Shown here: positions 42,858-55,683 of the stretch, one piece after another
How the letters are laid out: every line of letters starts with the position of its first letter
How positions within the stretch are numbered: position 1 is the first letter of the stretch
NCBI RefSeq assembly: GCF_009914755.1
Contig: NC_060930.1
Direction: 5' to 3' (one strand)
DNA length: 64,000 bases
Origin: the human T2T-CHM13v2.0 reference genome, Homo sapiens
Notes under the pieces: generated by a model
What the model saw: only the letters and a program-made list of their open reading frames with translations
Databases searched by the model: none
Told to the model about the DNA's origin: nothing
Position numbers and translations under genes: made by a program

Positions 42858-43226
42858 TGTCTTAGTTTGCTCAGGCTGCTGTAACAAAAATGCCAAAGAC
42901 TGGATGGCTTAAACAACAGGAAATTATTTCTCATAGTTCTGGAGGCTGGAAAGTCTAAGATCAGGGGTCCAGAATGGTCAGGTTCTGGTGAAGGTCCTCT
43001 TTCCGGAATATAGATGGCCATCTTCTCATTGTGTGCTCACATGGCGGAAAGAGAAAGAGAGAAAGCAGGTTCTCTAATGTCTCTTATTATAACAGCACTA
43101 ATCCCATCATAAGGGATCCACCTTCATGACCTCCCTCCCTCCCAAATGCACCATCTCTAAATATCATTACACTGAACATTAGAGTTTCAACATATAAACT
43201 TGGGGGGAACACAAACATTCAGTCCA
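42858..43226 (-). mobile_element. MLT1A-like MaLR solo LTR
   Basis: tgtcttagtttgctcaggctgctgtaacaaaa...acacaaacattcagtcca, flanked by ctatc/ctatc (5-bp MaLR-type TSD). Confidence 0.85.
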
Positions 43227-44472
43227 CTATCTCTCCACTCATGCTCTTTCCATATTCTGTTGACCCAGAGGATTCAGACCCTTATTTTCAAAGCGCCGTA
43301 TATTCCTTCATGCTCTGGCTGACTGCCTTCTACTTGAGTGACCCACCACCCTTTCTCTTCCTAGCTCCATTTTCTTCCTCTTACATGTACAAATCCTCCC
43401 TATCTTGAAAATGTCTTTATAGATTGAGTTTGAGTCCTAAGTATGGGTGTGGGGCTTCAGGAAAGTCCCTACACTTCTGAAGCAGGAACTCGTGTTTTAC
43501 AGTTCCTAGGGTCTTTTGTTGCTGATTGGCTGAAAGTTAGGTAAGCTAGAGCTTCGGTAAGGGGCTTTTGTTCTTCTCCTCTAGACCAGATCACAACAGG
43601 AAGCCAGCCAGCCTGTTTCAGTGGGGTTATCAATAAAGAGATTTCTGACTTTTCTTATATTTTTTTGCTTTTTAAACACTTGCATATTTTTCTCTATATA
43701 CCTCAGGAAATTATGGAATGATGAAACCTCAGAGTAGAAGAGATCTAGAGAGCAACTGGTTGTACAGCCCATATCAATCTTTTAGTTTTCTTTCCATCAG
43801 TTTTTTACCTGACTTCCCAATCTCAGCTTCATTTTTCATAGCCTCCTCCTTTACATTTTCATCTTGAGCATTAGATTGCAGCAGGGATACATTTATGTTT
43901 CTTGTTTTGACTAGAGAACACCCCAAGGCTGGCCCACAAGGAGGTGCAGATCCCTGGGGAATGGCCACCTGCGAGCAGTCAGCCTGCTCACTTAGCTACC
44001 TGTTGTGGATAAAAGCCCCATCAGTGTCAACTGTTGTGCTCAGAGCCCTGCCAGTGTTAATCCAAAATGAAACCATCCTTGATCATTGCAACCATGTTTC
44101 CTAATGCAAAACAGCATGGGCTCAGGCCAGTTCAAAAGGAGTCCTTTTACCCAAATGCAAAGGAAAAGGGTTTGGGTGACAACCATGTGAGTCAATAATT
44201 TTACGTTGCCTTGTAATCCTGCAGCTATTGGTATAAAATTGTTTGGCCTTTTAAAAGTCCTGATTATCGGTTCCTTGCCTTGACTGCTGACAACTGCTGA
44301 ACTCCTTGCTCTACAAATGCCTCGAGCTTACTTCTGCCTATGTTCAACTTTATGCTTTCATTTGTTTGTTTCCTTTTATCCCCATGAAACCAATAGGCCA
44401 AATCTCCTCATGTTGTCTTTAGGCCTAGTTTCCAAAGAAGGCAAGTTCTTGCCAAAACCTACAGTTCATACT

Positions 44473-44572
44473 ACACACACTATACACACACATACACAGA
44501 GAGAGAGAGAGCAAGAGAGAGAGAGACCGAGACCGAGAGAGAAAGAGAGCGCACACGAGAAAGTGAGAGAGC
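44473..44572. repeat. (CA)n then (GA)n compound microsatellite
   Basis: Directly visible. Confidence 0.85.
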
Positions 44573-46036
44573 ACAATTCCAAAATTATACCTTTCTTCGA
44601 AGGCAAAATTACCTTTGTGTCCACTTGCTCCTGCAGACTCTCCCATCTGCCTGCATCTTTTTTCTGCACCCCACTCATCCTGATCCTCTTGGTGTTTTAT
44701 TATTAGAGATATACTTAGAGCCCTTCCAGGGAGACTCCAGATTCTTTTCAGGGCTTTTCAAAGCCTAGATTCTAGGGGTCTACAGTAGTTTACCTTTCTG
44801 GCCTCCCCAGGTGACCAGCAGCCCAGTGATGCTAACCAGATTTCTTGTCCTCCTGGTGCATTTATCAGAATCCCTGTCAGTTTCATTCAGGTGCTGAGCA
44901 GGAGGTAACACTGTGAAGAATAGCTGTTAACCAGTTCTCTCTGACCTCTATCGGTCCTAACTGACCCCAGAGCACAGCCCATAGGGATGCATTGTGCAGA
45001 ACTAGCATGTTCATATGTCATTCTCTCAGGGGAGACTTTCAGCCAGGAAACAATCATCTTTATCACCTTTTTAAATGTACACGGTGGCTTTCCCATACAC
45101 ATATTCCTGTGTAGCATGTGTATTATTTTCATTCGTGGTCATTTTAACCACAATCAGAACTATAATAATATACAGTTACAGAGCACTCTGCATCCAGGAG
45201 TCTCACTGCATTTTACAAACAGTAACTAATTGAGAGGAACTGCTGTGTACTTATTTGATAATACAGTTGTATCCTCTGTTTTAACAAAATGTTCAGTTCT
45301 TAACTGTTTATTGTCAAAGTAATTTCCTTCACATAATACAAATTAATGAGGAGAGAAAAAAGCAAATTTGTTTTTCATTAGTTACTAATTTGAGGATTTC
45401 CAAGCTAATTAATCAGAGTCTTTCCAGCCCATCCTTCCCACAACCCCTGCTTCTATACACTCAACAGATCAAACATTTTTCTTCCTAAGAATTTCATTTG
45501 CAGTTAAACATTTGTTTTGATTCCTTAACCTATACTAATTTTACATTGGCTTACATAGCTGCATTTTTTATAATTCTCTTTTTTCTTGTTCCCTCTCTCA
45601 CGTAACTCACATGCACATATCAGGACATACACACCGTTTCTTGCCCATTTCTCTAGCAACTCCTCTTTTTCATTTAATCTCTCAAAATTATGCTTGCCTT
45701 TTTTTCTTTCTTTCTACCCTGGAATTTAACTCAGTGTCCTCAAGGGAGATATCTTTCAATTCGGAGTTATCTCCAAACACACACACAGACAGAGATGATA
45801 GCTTTCTGCTGCTAGGAAGATTATTAACTGCTTGTACAACTTTATCACATGATTTTTTTGTGTTCTGACAGTTGCTTGTAAAATTAATATTTTACCTCAA
45901 GTTTTTCAACAGAGTTTCTATCATCATCACGTGTATTCTCCCTTATTGGGCTCACAGGCAAAACTCAATTATTAGTTGTGAAATAAAAGACTTTTCAGCA
46001 AAGACAGATCGCTCTGTTTGCATAGGAACTTCCCAG

Positions 46037-46214
46037 CAAGCCCATCTTCATGGTCCTGCAACCTGTGCAGTCTCACAGGGCCTGCGCTTAGAAGGGCCCC
46101 AAGCTTGATGTAATGCTCTGTTGTTGTGATCTTGAAATTCTTAATACTTTTTTAAACAGGAATCCCTGCGTTTTCATTTTGCACCAGGACCCACAAGTTA
46201 TGCAGTCAGTCCTG
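46037..46214. mobile_element. MER91A-like hAT (Tip100) MITE
   Basis: caacctgtgcagtctcacagggcc..ttttcattttgcaccaggacccacaagttatgcag..cctg. 8-bp TSD cttcccag/cttccctg, as expected for hAT. Confidence 0.75.
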
Positions 46215-46796
46215 CTTCCCTGGTGATGTTTGCTTCTTCCTTCCAAACCAAATACAGTACTGATATTTGTAGGTCCTGGAACCCCATGTAGTCAAAGGGG
46301 TTGGACTGGCTCCTTGGTGTGTATTATCGAGGTGGAGGATGCAATAGGCTACTCTCATCAGCAGAAACTTTCCACCATCCTGTTCACCTCCACTGAATCT
46401 CTTTTGAGTCTCTTAGGTCATTTGGTGACCTCCACTCCAACACATTTTTCTCCCCGGTCTTAGACCTCTGTTTTTCTTCTCTCAGCATTCCTAATCTGAA
46501 CTTTGTCTCTCCCTCTTCTATCTCAAGTAATTTATCCTCAGATGATTGGGGGATGGCACAACCCAACAATTCAATGGTAGAGATACTAAAATTAATATCC
46601 AAAAACCTTTGGCCCTGAAGCCTGAGTTCAAATGTTCAACACAGCCGAAAAGAAATCTTCTGACAGTGACTAAAATGATGCCTAGAAGAAGCAACCACCA
46701 AGAGGTGAGCTGTGGGAGAAATAAAGAATCAGCCCTTTAAAAGAAAGGGATTCAATGATAGAGAATAAACAGAGATAAAAATAATACTGGGTCATT

Positions 46797-47098
46797 GGTT
46801 GGGCACAGTGGTTGACAATTGTAATCCCAGCACTTTGGGAAGCCATGGCAGGCGGATTTCTTTAGCTCAGGAGTTCGAGACCAGCCTGGGCAATGTGGCA
46901 AAACCCTGTCTCTACAAAAAAAAAAAAAAAAAAAAATTAGCTGTGCATGGTGGTGTGTGCCTGTACTTGCGGCTACTTAGGAGGCTGAGGTGGGAAGATA
47001 GCTTGAGCTCTGAAGGTCAAGGCTGCAGTGAGCCATGATTGTGTCAATGTGCTCCAGTCTGGGCAACAGAGCAATACCTGTCTTACAAAAAAGAAAAT
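46797..47098 (+). mobile_element. AluJ
   Basis: J diagnostics (agcctgggcaatgtggcaaaaccc, gaggtgggaagatagcttgagc, caaggctgcagtgagccatgat). Confidence 0.9.
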
Positions 47099-47519
47099 AA
47101 CTGGGTCTAAGGAAAAGGCACCTATTCATTGCTTATGAAGATATATGCAAATAAATATGCAAAATGAAGTGAAAGGAAAGGGGAAAGGTCTCCCAATGAG
47201 TATAAAACTGATTGAATGTCAGCTGTCATCTCTTACTTAAGGGTCCATTGTAAAGGAAAGCTGAGACTATACTGGAAAACAAATGTGACAAGAACTAAAC
47301 CACATCTTTCTCTTTTAAACATACATATACACACGCAACAACAATGACAATATTATTTTAGCTGGCTCGTTCTGTTGGTCAAGGGTCTTTATTGTTTTTC
47401 TTAGGTGCTATTATTTGTTAATGTATCTAGTACTTGATGTGTATTTTCAAAATACTAGATTAATTCATGACCTTTCTTTTTAGCACCTCTATGTTCCACA
47501 TTGATGATGACATTCAATG

Positions 47520-47750
47520 CAGACGCAGTAAGATTTGAAGAGTAACAGCTTGGAGCAGACTGCTTGGATTCAAATGCCCATTTTGCTATTACCAGCTCTG
47601 TAACCTTGGATGCATGTCTGAACTTCTATATGCCTCAGTTGCTCTATCTATAGAAAGGTTGTTGTGAGGATTAAATGGGTTAGTATGCTCAAAACACCAG
47701 AGTGCCTGGCACATCCTAAATACTCAATAAATGTCAGCTATTATGATTAT
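47520..47750 (+). mobile_element. MIR
   Basis: ttggagcagactgcttggattcaaat..tgcctcagtt..gttgtgaggattaaatg..tcaataaatgtcagctatta. Confidence 0.75.
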
Positions 47751-50700
47751 TGTTGACTTCCCTGTCTGCCTTGTGAGAAAGCAGAGCTGGTGCAGTGTGT
47801 GGTGAGGGACTGCTTTCTGGGGCTAGAGCCACATTTTCTGCTCAAGGCAAGGGCCATTATTTTCCCAGGGTTCTGCAGCATCCTCACCTCCCATGGCAGG
47901 AGCAAAGCTTGACTAGAACATACAGCTCAGGGCCCTCTTCCAAACCTCTTTCACCTTCCAGGCAAAGGTGATATATTCCATGCTTGTTTTCTGAAGAGAT
48001 TTGTCAGAAAGAATGTTTCTCACCATTCACGTCCAGAGAAGACTACAGAAATATAGCTGTACAGTGTGCATAATGTTATTTCCAGGTGTTGATAAAGTTG
48101 GTGCAGTGATGAATGAGACAGCTAGATGAGGGTGATATACCCAATGCATAAATAAAAACAAAACATATTACACTTTGGGAAAACCTTTCTCGGAAGTCAG
48201 TAGAATCAAATGGTGACAAAACTGATAAGACTACAGCACCTAAAGAAAGGCAGTCACCTTTCTCTCCACATCTCTGCAGCTCCTACAAAGCAATCAAATC
48301 AAACCAATCACACAATAAAATATTTAGAACATATTATATTTTGGTTTAACCTGCTAACACAATGATAGACCTTGGCATTTTCTACTGCTTAGAGTTTCTT
48401 TGTGAGAGGAATTCACCCCATTAGGTGACAGCTGTCGCTGTCCTTGGTACTAAAAAACATTCAAGCTCTCTTCTTTTTTTTCTTATGCAAACTAGGAACA
48501 TTTGTGACTTGCTGTCATAGTGTCTAAAGCACTTGGGTTTTTAATTGATTATTTTTTAGAACAGCCAAGCTTGCCATTGGAGAATTCTTTGAATTTTCAA
48601 ACAAAGCCCAATGCCACAGAAACCCTGCAGAGTCACGGAAAAAAAGCAATATTATATCCCAATGAAAGCATTTGGTTTCAGGAGCAGCCATGCTAACATT
48701 CATCAACATCCTTCACTGACCCCAGTAGATGCACTGAAGTGGACTCCTGCTGGATGAGATTGTCATGGTCTCTGACCTTCCACTTCTCTCCCCACACATG
48801 TTTCAGATTCTCAGACTGCACTTACTGACCAAAGTCGGAGAGCCCCCAAAGAAGAAGCCAAATTATCAGAAGGATAGGAGCCTGGATAGGAGGCAAAACG
48901 AAAGACAAACAACTTTTATGTTCCAAACTGGTGTTTTTAGCAGCTTCCATCAAACGGGGCCATGTGAGAACATCAGGAAGATTATGACAGCATGGTAGAA
49001 TCCTCTAAGCCACCTCTGCTCCCTGAACACGGTGCGTTGTCAACAGTTGAATTGCCAATTGTTTAATCTAAGCTTTTTGAGTGCTTTTTACTGGTCAAAA
49101 AAATCATAACAGGTTAAAAGAATGGTTTCCAATCCCTACATTTACTCACATCACAGCTGGGTGACACTTTCATTCTTTTGGGTGCAGTAGCCCATGAGGA
49201 TAAAGGGACAATGGAGATATAACAGGCTAGTAGTATATTTAACCCAACACACAGTGACACTAATGGAACACATCACAGACATGGTAATATTAAACTATTT
49301 GCATTAACTCTCCCTTGTTGCTGGAAATCATGCTGTGACAAGTGTCATATTTAATGAGAAGATAACCTTAAATACTGCATTTTGACACAAACATCTTTTA
49401 CTATTAACAAAAAATCCCGTAAAAACAAGTGCTTCTGCATAGATTGGTCTTGCATACACTGACTTAAGGTAAGGAGATGACAAAGGCTGCCTAATTAGTA
49501 AGATGTTTTGAAGCTAATACTCAGGAGTGCTTACGCTTCTGATTTCCATTTGTAAATATTTGCATTTTCCCCCAATTGTAATGAAATCTGAAACTAGTCA
49601 CACTTTCTAGTTTTTGTTTTTTTTGCACGGCGGGGGCAGGGAGAGGCGAGTAGATTTTCCCTGTATCTAGTGTGAAGATAAAATATTTGGTGTAGAAATT
49701 GTATATACCTTTGCAATATCCATTCTGTCAGTATTTCATTGATGTTAAAGGATTTAAAGGGTTTGATCTCCCTTCATATAAGGAAGACTGGGGATGGGGC
49801 CCATTGGGGTCTAGCTAACAGAATGTTGCTTATTCTCACTTGAGGGTTTCAAGGTGATGAAAAATTTCCAGAACTTGTGCCCAAATGGATTATAATCAGA
49901 ATTAAGCAAAACAGTTGGAGACAATATATTAATTTTTTTTAAAAAGCCTAAATTTTAAAAAAGCCAATAGACAAAACCAAACATTTCAAGAACCAAAGGG
50001 ATTCAATAAGAGAAAAGATTTCAAGCAGTGGAAAGAAGGTGAGCTATGTGAATTCTCTTATTTGGGATTTGATTCTCACTCTTGCTCTTTTAGGATACCC
50101 ATGGTCCCTGGACTGGATATGTTGAGGGGCCCATTCCATGTGGGCAATATAACTTCTTTTTATACATGGGCTTTGTTATTGTTACGTGGCACCCAGATAT
50201 CTCAGAGCATGCTGCATTTGGACATGGTTTTACCCCATGGAAAACTTAGAGTATAAAAATATAGATCAATAAAGAAAAGATGCTCAATTTCTATTATGGG
50301 CATAGAATTCTTTAGTAGATATTTGATCTTTCACCTGTTGCTATGGTCTGAATGTCTCCTCCACTGGTTTTACACTATTCAATGACTTGACGTCCCCAGT
50401 GGAAACAAATCTGAAAGGACTCAAAAGCGTTTTTTTCCTCTCCCACATCCAGAGCAATCAAGATCTCTAGGGATACATAAGCCCTGCAGAAGATGAGTTC
50501 ACAAATTAAAAAATTACAAACTGCACAAGGAAATGAATCACCATGAAGGAGAATCAAGACATACAAATAAGCCAAAATTAGCTACCGAAATCTGAATATA
50601 ATAAATTTAAGACTATGTAGATTTTGAAAAAACTAAATAGAACCTCTAGACATAAGAACAAGAGAGATTAAAATTTAAAACGCTAAAAGGGATAAGTTTT

Positions 50701-51034
50701 AGTGTGATAAGAGGTTACATATCAGAAAGAGGCATGTTTTTATTTTATATAAAGATTATAAATATTATGAGAATAAGGGAATTGTATGCAATATTTATTA
50801 ATGCCCACTAGGAAGATCTGTATTAAGTTCTGAAGATACAAAAATCAATTAAGACCTATGCAGTCCCTGACTTTGTGGAGCAAGGTCTAGAACAGACCAA
50901 CACTAGTGCAATAAAAAGCAATAAAATGTTGTAGATGAATAGGGCACAGGGAGGGTATAGACAGGGAAGTGATCAAGCCTATCTAATGGGGTCAGGCAGA
51001 AGGCAGTCAGAAAAAGCTTTATAGAGTTTAAGGT

Positions 51035-51770
51035 TGAAACTGCCTTTGCAAAAATTATAACTGAGAAAATTATGACTGTGAAAGAGATCTGACATAACCA
51101 ACTCCATCTTGCTTCTAACCTCCAACCTGTCTTTGTTCGTTCCTTGGCATAGGCCAAACTAACTTTGTTTATAGTTAAACTTAGTTTATAGTTAAACTTT
51201 GAAACAAAGATGATAACAGCCCTTTTCCAAAACAAACCCCCTTCTTGGCTAGGGACTAGACTGCCTTGCAGGAGTAACAAATTATCCACAAGATTAGAAA
51301 TTATGGTTTAGGAGTCAGGCAGCCTGAAACCACAAGGTTCTGAACCTCCACAATTGCTCCTATGGATAATGTCGTTATTGTAAAACCTAAGATTGATGCT
51401 CAAGATATTTTTCAGACCCTGCACTTGATGAATCAGCTGGCACCACCCAGATAGATAAACTGGCTCATCTAGTCCAGTGGCCCCACCCAGGAACTGACTT
51501 AGCACAAAAGGACAGCTTCAACTCCCTATGATTTCATCTCTGATCCAACCAATCAGCACTCCCCTCTTCCTGACCTGCTACCCACCAAATTAACCTTAAA
51601 GACCTCAATGCCTGAATTTTCAAGGAGACTGACTTGAGTAATGATAAAACTTCAGTCTCCCATACAGCTGGCTCTGTGTGAATTAAACTCTTTCTCTATT
51701 GCAATTTCCCTGTCTTGAGAAATCAGCTCTGTCTAGGCAGCGGGCAAGGAGAACCTGTTAGGCAGTTACA
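51035..51770 (+). mobile_element. LTR8-family (HUERS-P1) ERV1 solo LTR, inserted in an L2
   Basis: tgaaactgcctttgcaaaaattataactgag...gggcaaggagaacctgttaggcagttaca. TSD aggt/agat. Confidence 0.88.
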
Positions 51771-51964
51771 AGATGCTTGAGTCTTGAAAGATAAGTAGAT
51801 GTTTTCTAGACCAAATATGAGGGAAAAAACATTAAAAGTAAAAAACGCATGGTACAGCACCATGGTATGGCTGGGCCACTGGGTGTAAGCGTGAAGGAAA
51901 GAGTTGAGAAGTAAACAGGGGCAGATCATGGACAACATATAGTAATTTTTACTAGGATGTATAC

Positions 51965-52225
51965 AGGAAGCACGGTAATACAGTACTTAAGAACCTGGAG
52001 TCAGACTGCCTGGGTTAAATCTTGGATCTGTAACCTCCCAGTAATGGGACCTGTCTCAAGTTACTTCATTTCCCTGGATCTCAGTTTCTTCAACTGTGAA
52101 ACAGGGAACAATGCTACAAAATCTTCAGAAGATTGTTATGATACTAAATGAGACTATGGCTGTCAAAACTTGCATAATTTCTAGTATGTTTTAAGTGCTT
52201 AATGATCATTAGTTCTTGTTATTAT
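51965..52225 (+). mobile_element. MIR
   Basis: ctggagtcagactgcctgggttaaatc..tctcagtttcttcaactgtgaaa. Confidence 0.75.
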
Positions 52226-52494
52226 AACTGCCATTCTTATTAAGAAAAATATGATTTTAAGAAAGATGGAAGCAGACAGCAAAGTAATAAATATTACAAC
52301 ATTTATTCATTTAACAAATACATATTTGAGACACCATAGAAGTAAGTGGGGTTATTGTAGTGAACAAGATGGACTCAATTCCTGCCCTCAAGAAACTTAC
52401 ATTCTGAAGGAGAAGACAAATATTAAACAGCTAATTATCATCTTACTTAATTACAATTGTGATGGATGTTACCTAAAATGGTAGAGAAATACAT

Positions 52495-52656
52495 CATCTT
52501 GATCAGCAGCACCTAGAAACTTTGTTACAAACGCTAATTATCAGTTCCTATTCCAGAGCTACTGAATTGAAAACTCTGGGTTTGGGGATTCACAATCTGT
52601 GTTTTAGCAAATACTCAAGATGATTCCAATGCAAGTGAATGCTTAAGAAGCACTGT
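52495..52656. mobile_element. MER5A (hAT-Charlie)
   Basis: cagcagcacctagaaactttgtta..tactgaattgaaactctgggg..caatctgtgtttta..gatgattc..ttaagaagcactg. Confidence 0.7.
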
Positions 52657-53105
52657 GTGAAGCTTTTACTGTTCAATTTAATGGAAAGAGCTCTTCATTG
52701 TAGTTTAAAACACCCTAACAGAACCTGGAATGGAACTGCTGAGAATTACTAGGCTCCAGGTATTCTTATTGTGCCTTCAGATTTTCATGCGTTTCTCTGA
52801 GGACTAATTTAGGTTTAAAAAGACTGTTTCTTAAACTGAATCTTGATAAAAATCTTAAGAAAGAAACCAATAGCTAATTATAGTCTGTTTGGTTTCCCTT
52901 CTTCATTACCCCCTGTGGAAATTTAATATAGGCCTGCTGTCTCTAGCACGGGGCTCCATAGTCACCCAACTGCTAGATGAGGCTTTCTAACCAGGAGTGG
53001 AAGTGAAGGTCAGCTGTACACACAGGCTAACATTACCAAGAATACAGCCAATGGATTGTAGCTTGGTGGTAGATCACAGAGTACCTTTTAAAGAAAGTAG
53101 GTCCA

Positions 53106-53399
53106 GGCCAGGTGTGGTGGCTGACGCCTGTAATCTCAGAAATTTCGGAGGCCAAGGTGGGTGGATCACGAGGTCAAGAGATCAAGACCATCCTGGCCAA
53201 CATGGTGAAACCCTGTCTCTATTCAAAATACAAAAATTAGCTGTGTGTGGTGGTGTGTGCCTGCAATCCAAGCTACTCGGGAGACTGAGGCAGGAGAATG
53301 GCTTGAACCCGGAGGTGGAAATTGCAGTGAGCCGAGATCGTGCCACTGCACACCAGCCTGGCAACACAGTGAGACTCTGTCTAAAAAAAAAAAAAAAAA
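53106..53399 (+). mobile_element. AluSc
   Basis: gtcaagagatcaagaccatcctggccaacatgg and cctggcaacac. Perfect TSD aaagtaggtcca. Confidence 0.92.
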
Positions 53400-53534
53400 G
53401 TAGGTCCAGTTAACTGCAGGGCTTTTATTTTGTGGTGGGGCATACAAATTGGGACAATACTGTTACTAGAAAAGAGTCCCCATCCAGATTCCAAGAGAAG
53501 GTTATTGGATCTTACACAAGAAAGCTTTCAGGGC

Positions 53535-54092
53535 TGTTATAAATAAATTTTTGTGCTGCAAAAGAAATAGCACTCAAACATAAATTTAATTTTCTCAGCA
53601 AGGCAATTTTTACTTCTACAGAAGGGTGTGACTCACAGATGGAGTAATGGCAAGACCACACCTGAACAAGGGAGGGGAAGGGGTTCTTATTCCTGTTGCA
53701 GGTAGCCTCTACTGCTCTGTCATTGCCCTATTGGCTAGGGTTGGACCGCACAGTCTAAGCTAATTCTGATTGGTTATTTTAAAGAGAGCAGGGGTACGAG
53801 CTGGAGTGGTGGGGTGAGTACTTTGGCAGGAAGGACGGTTACAGAACAGGTGACTCATGATGATTCAGGTCAGAGCACATGACTGGGATGAGTCAGGATG
53901 GACCAGGTGACCAGGGAACAGATGTGAACTACTGATTAGAACTGGTGGGAAAGTTGTTTACTGAAACAAGAAGTAAGGGGGTGAAGAGAACCAGGAAGTC
54001 AAACTTTAAAATGGAGAACAAAGAATAAGAGAGCTGAACATACTAACAAACTGATTCTTTGAAGAGCAACATGGAGTTCACTATATTTAACA
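53535..54092 (-). mobile_element. LTR10A-like (HERV-I group) solo LTR nested in MER41B
   Basis: Reverse complement starts tgttaaatatagtgaactcca..ctcttcaaagaatcag and ends ...atttataaca. TSD gggc/gggt. Confidence 0.85.
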
Positions 54093-54255
54093 GGGTGAGT
54101 CCATACAGTAAAATAAAAGCAAGTTTATTAGAGAAGTAAAGAAACAAGAGACTGGCTAGTCCATAGTCAGAGCAGTGGCATTGGCTGCTCAATTGAGTAT
54201 ATGTATGGTTATTTCTTGATTATGTGCTAAACAAGGGATGGCGTATTCATGAGTT

Positions 54256-54285
54256 TTCTAGGAAAAAAAAAGGGATTTCCTGGAA
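54256..54285. promoter_or_regulatory. Tandem GAS (TTCnnnGAA) STAT motifs in MER41B
   Basis: TTCTAGGAA 54256-54264 and TTCCTGGAA 54277-54285. Motif match only; activity unknown. Confidence 0.55.
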
Positions 54286-55188
54286 CTGAGGGTTCCTCCC
54301 CTTTTTAGACGATGTAGGGATGTAGGATAACTTCAGGATGCTGCCATGGCATTTGCAAAGTGTCATGGTGCTGGTGGGATTGTCTTTTTGTATGTAAATG
54401 CATTATAATTATAGTATAATGAACAATGAGAATGGCCAGAAGTCACTTTCATTGCCATCTTGTATTTTTGTGGGTTTTGTTTATCCTGTTTTATCAGCAG
54501 GGTCATTGTGACCTGTATCTTGTGCTGACTTCCTATCTCATCCTGTGACTAAGAATGCCTAATCTCCTGGCAATACAGCCCAACAGGTCTCAGCCTCATT
54601 TTACCCAGCCCCAGTTCAAGATGGAGTCGTTCTGGTTTAAATGCCTCTGACAATACTACCGGTGGTTTTTCTCTTTGAGTCTCCTTTAGAGTAATACTCA
54701 ACTTTTATCTTAAATGCATCTTGAAAAAATCATTCATGAAAATCCATTCCAAGGGATGCCAAATGATTAACCTGCCCAGAGCTGCCACAGGTCCAGTTCA
54801 GGCCAGTGCAAACAACAGCTCTATGTCATAGTATGTCAAGAGATAGATAGCCTGTTGCTGTGTTCTTCACTCTCCGAGACGGCCCATCTCAAACAAGAGG
54901 AAAGCAGCTGACCTCACTAAAGTTTAATAGCTGTTACAGGTAAAGGCAGCATCTTTGAGGCTGAAGCTAGTCTAGAGGTAACTTTCATTCCCAAGGCTTG
55001 TTTGTAAGGAGGAAGTTATTGTTTGGAGGAAGTTTTCCTATAGACATCTTTTTATTCATGGTTCTTAGACAACCAGATCAACCCAAACTCTTCCTGCAGA
55101 ATAGTATTAATAGTGCTTTTAACTAGACATAATCAGTATCTATAAAGGAAAAGGAGGAATGCATTTGGATGCAAAGAATACTTCTCTT

Positions 55189-55478
55189 GGCCGGGCACAG
55201 TGGCTCGTGCCTGTAATCCCAGTACTTTGGGAGGCCGAGGCGGGCAGATCACTTGAGGTCAGGAGTTCGAGACCAGCCTGGCCAATATGGTGAAACCCTG
55301 TCTCTACTAAAAATACAAAAATTAGCCGGGTGTGGTGGCACGTGCCTGTAGTCCCAGCTACTCGGGAGGCTGAACCCAGGAAGTGGAGGTTGCAGTGAGC
55401 CAAGATCATGCCATTGCACTCCAGCCTGGGTGTTGCAGGGAGACTCCGTCTCAAAAACAACAAACAAACAAACATAAA
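55189..55478 (+). mobile_element. AluS (Sx/Sz-like) with ~18-bp right-arm deletion
   Basis: ctcgggaggctgaacccagg lacks ggcaggagaatcgctt. TSD aaagaatac(t/a)tctc. Confidence 0.92.
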
Positions 55479-55492
55479 AAAGAATACATCTC

Positions 55493-55638
55493 GGTGTGTG
55501 ATGTTCCCCTTCCTGTGTCCATGTGTTCTCATTGTTCAATTCCCACCTATGAGTGAGAACATGCAGCACACCAACATGGCACATGTATACATATGTAACT
55601 AACCTGCATGTTGTGCACATGTACCCTAAAACTTAAAG

Positions 55639-55683
<45 letters not shown>
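55493..55683 (+). mobile_element. L1PA 3'-UTR stub with 5' inversion (twin priming) and (TAA)n tail
   Basis: 55493-55564 is antisense L1PA 3'UTR (ggtgtgtgatgttcccc..gagtgagaacatgc). 55562-55640 is the sense end (tgcagcacaccaacatggcacatgtatac..aaaacttaaagtat). Confidence 0.9.

Larger units (their letters stand above)
53461..54652 (-). mobile_element. MER41B-like ERV1 solo LTR (pieces 53461-53534 and 54093-54652), interrupted by LTR10A
   Basis: Reverse complement starts tgtcagaggcatttaaaccagaacgactccatcttgaa and ends ...tctagtaaca. Perfect TSD atac (53457-53460 / 54653-54656). Confidence 0.87.
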
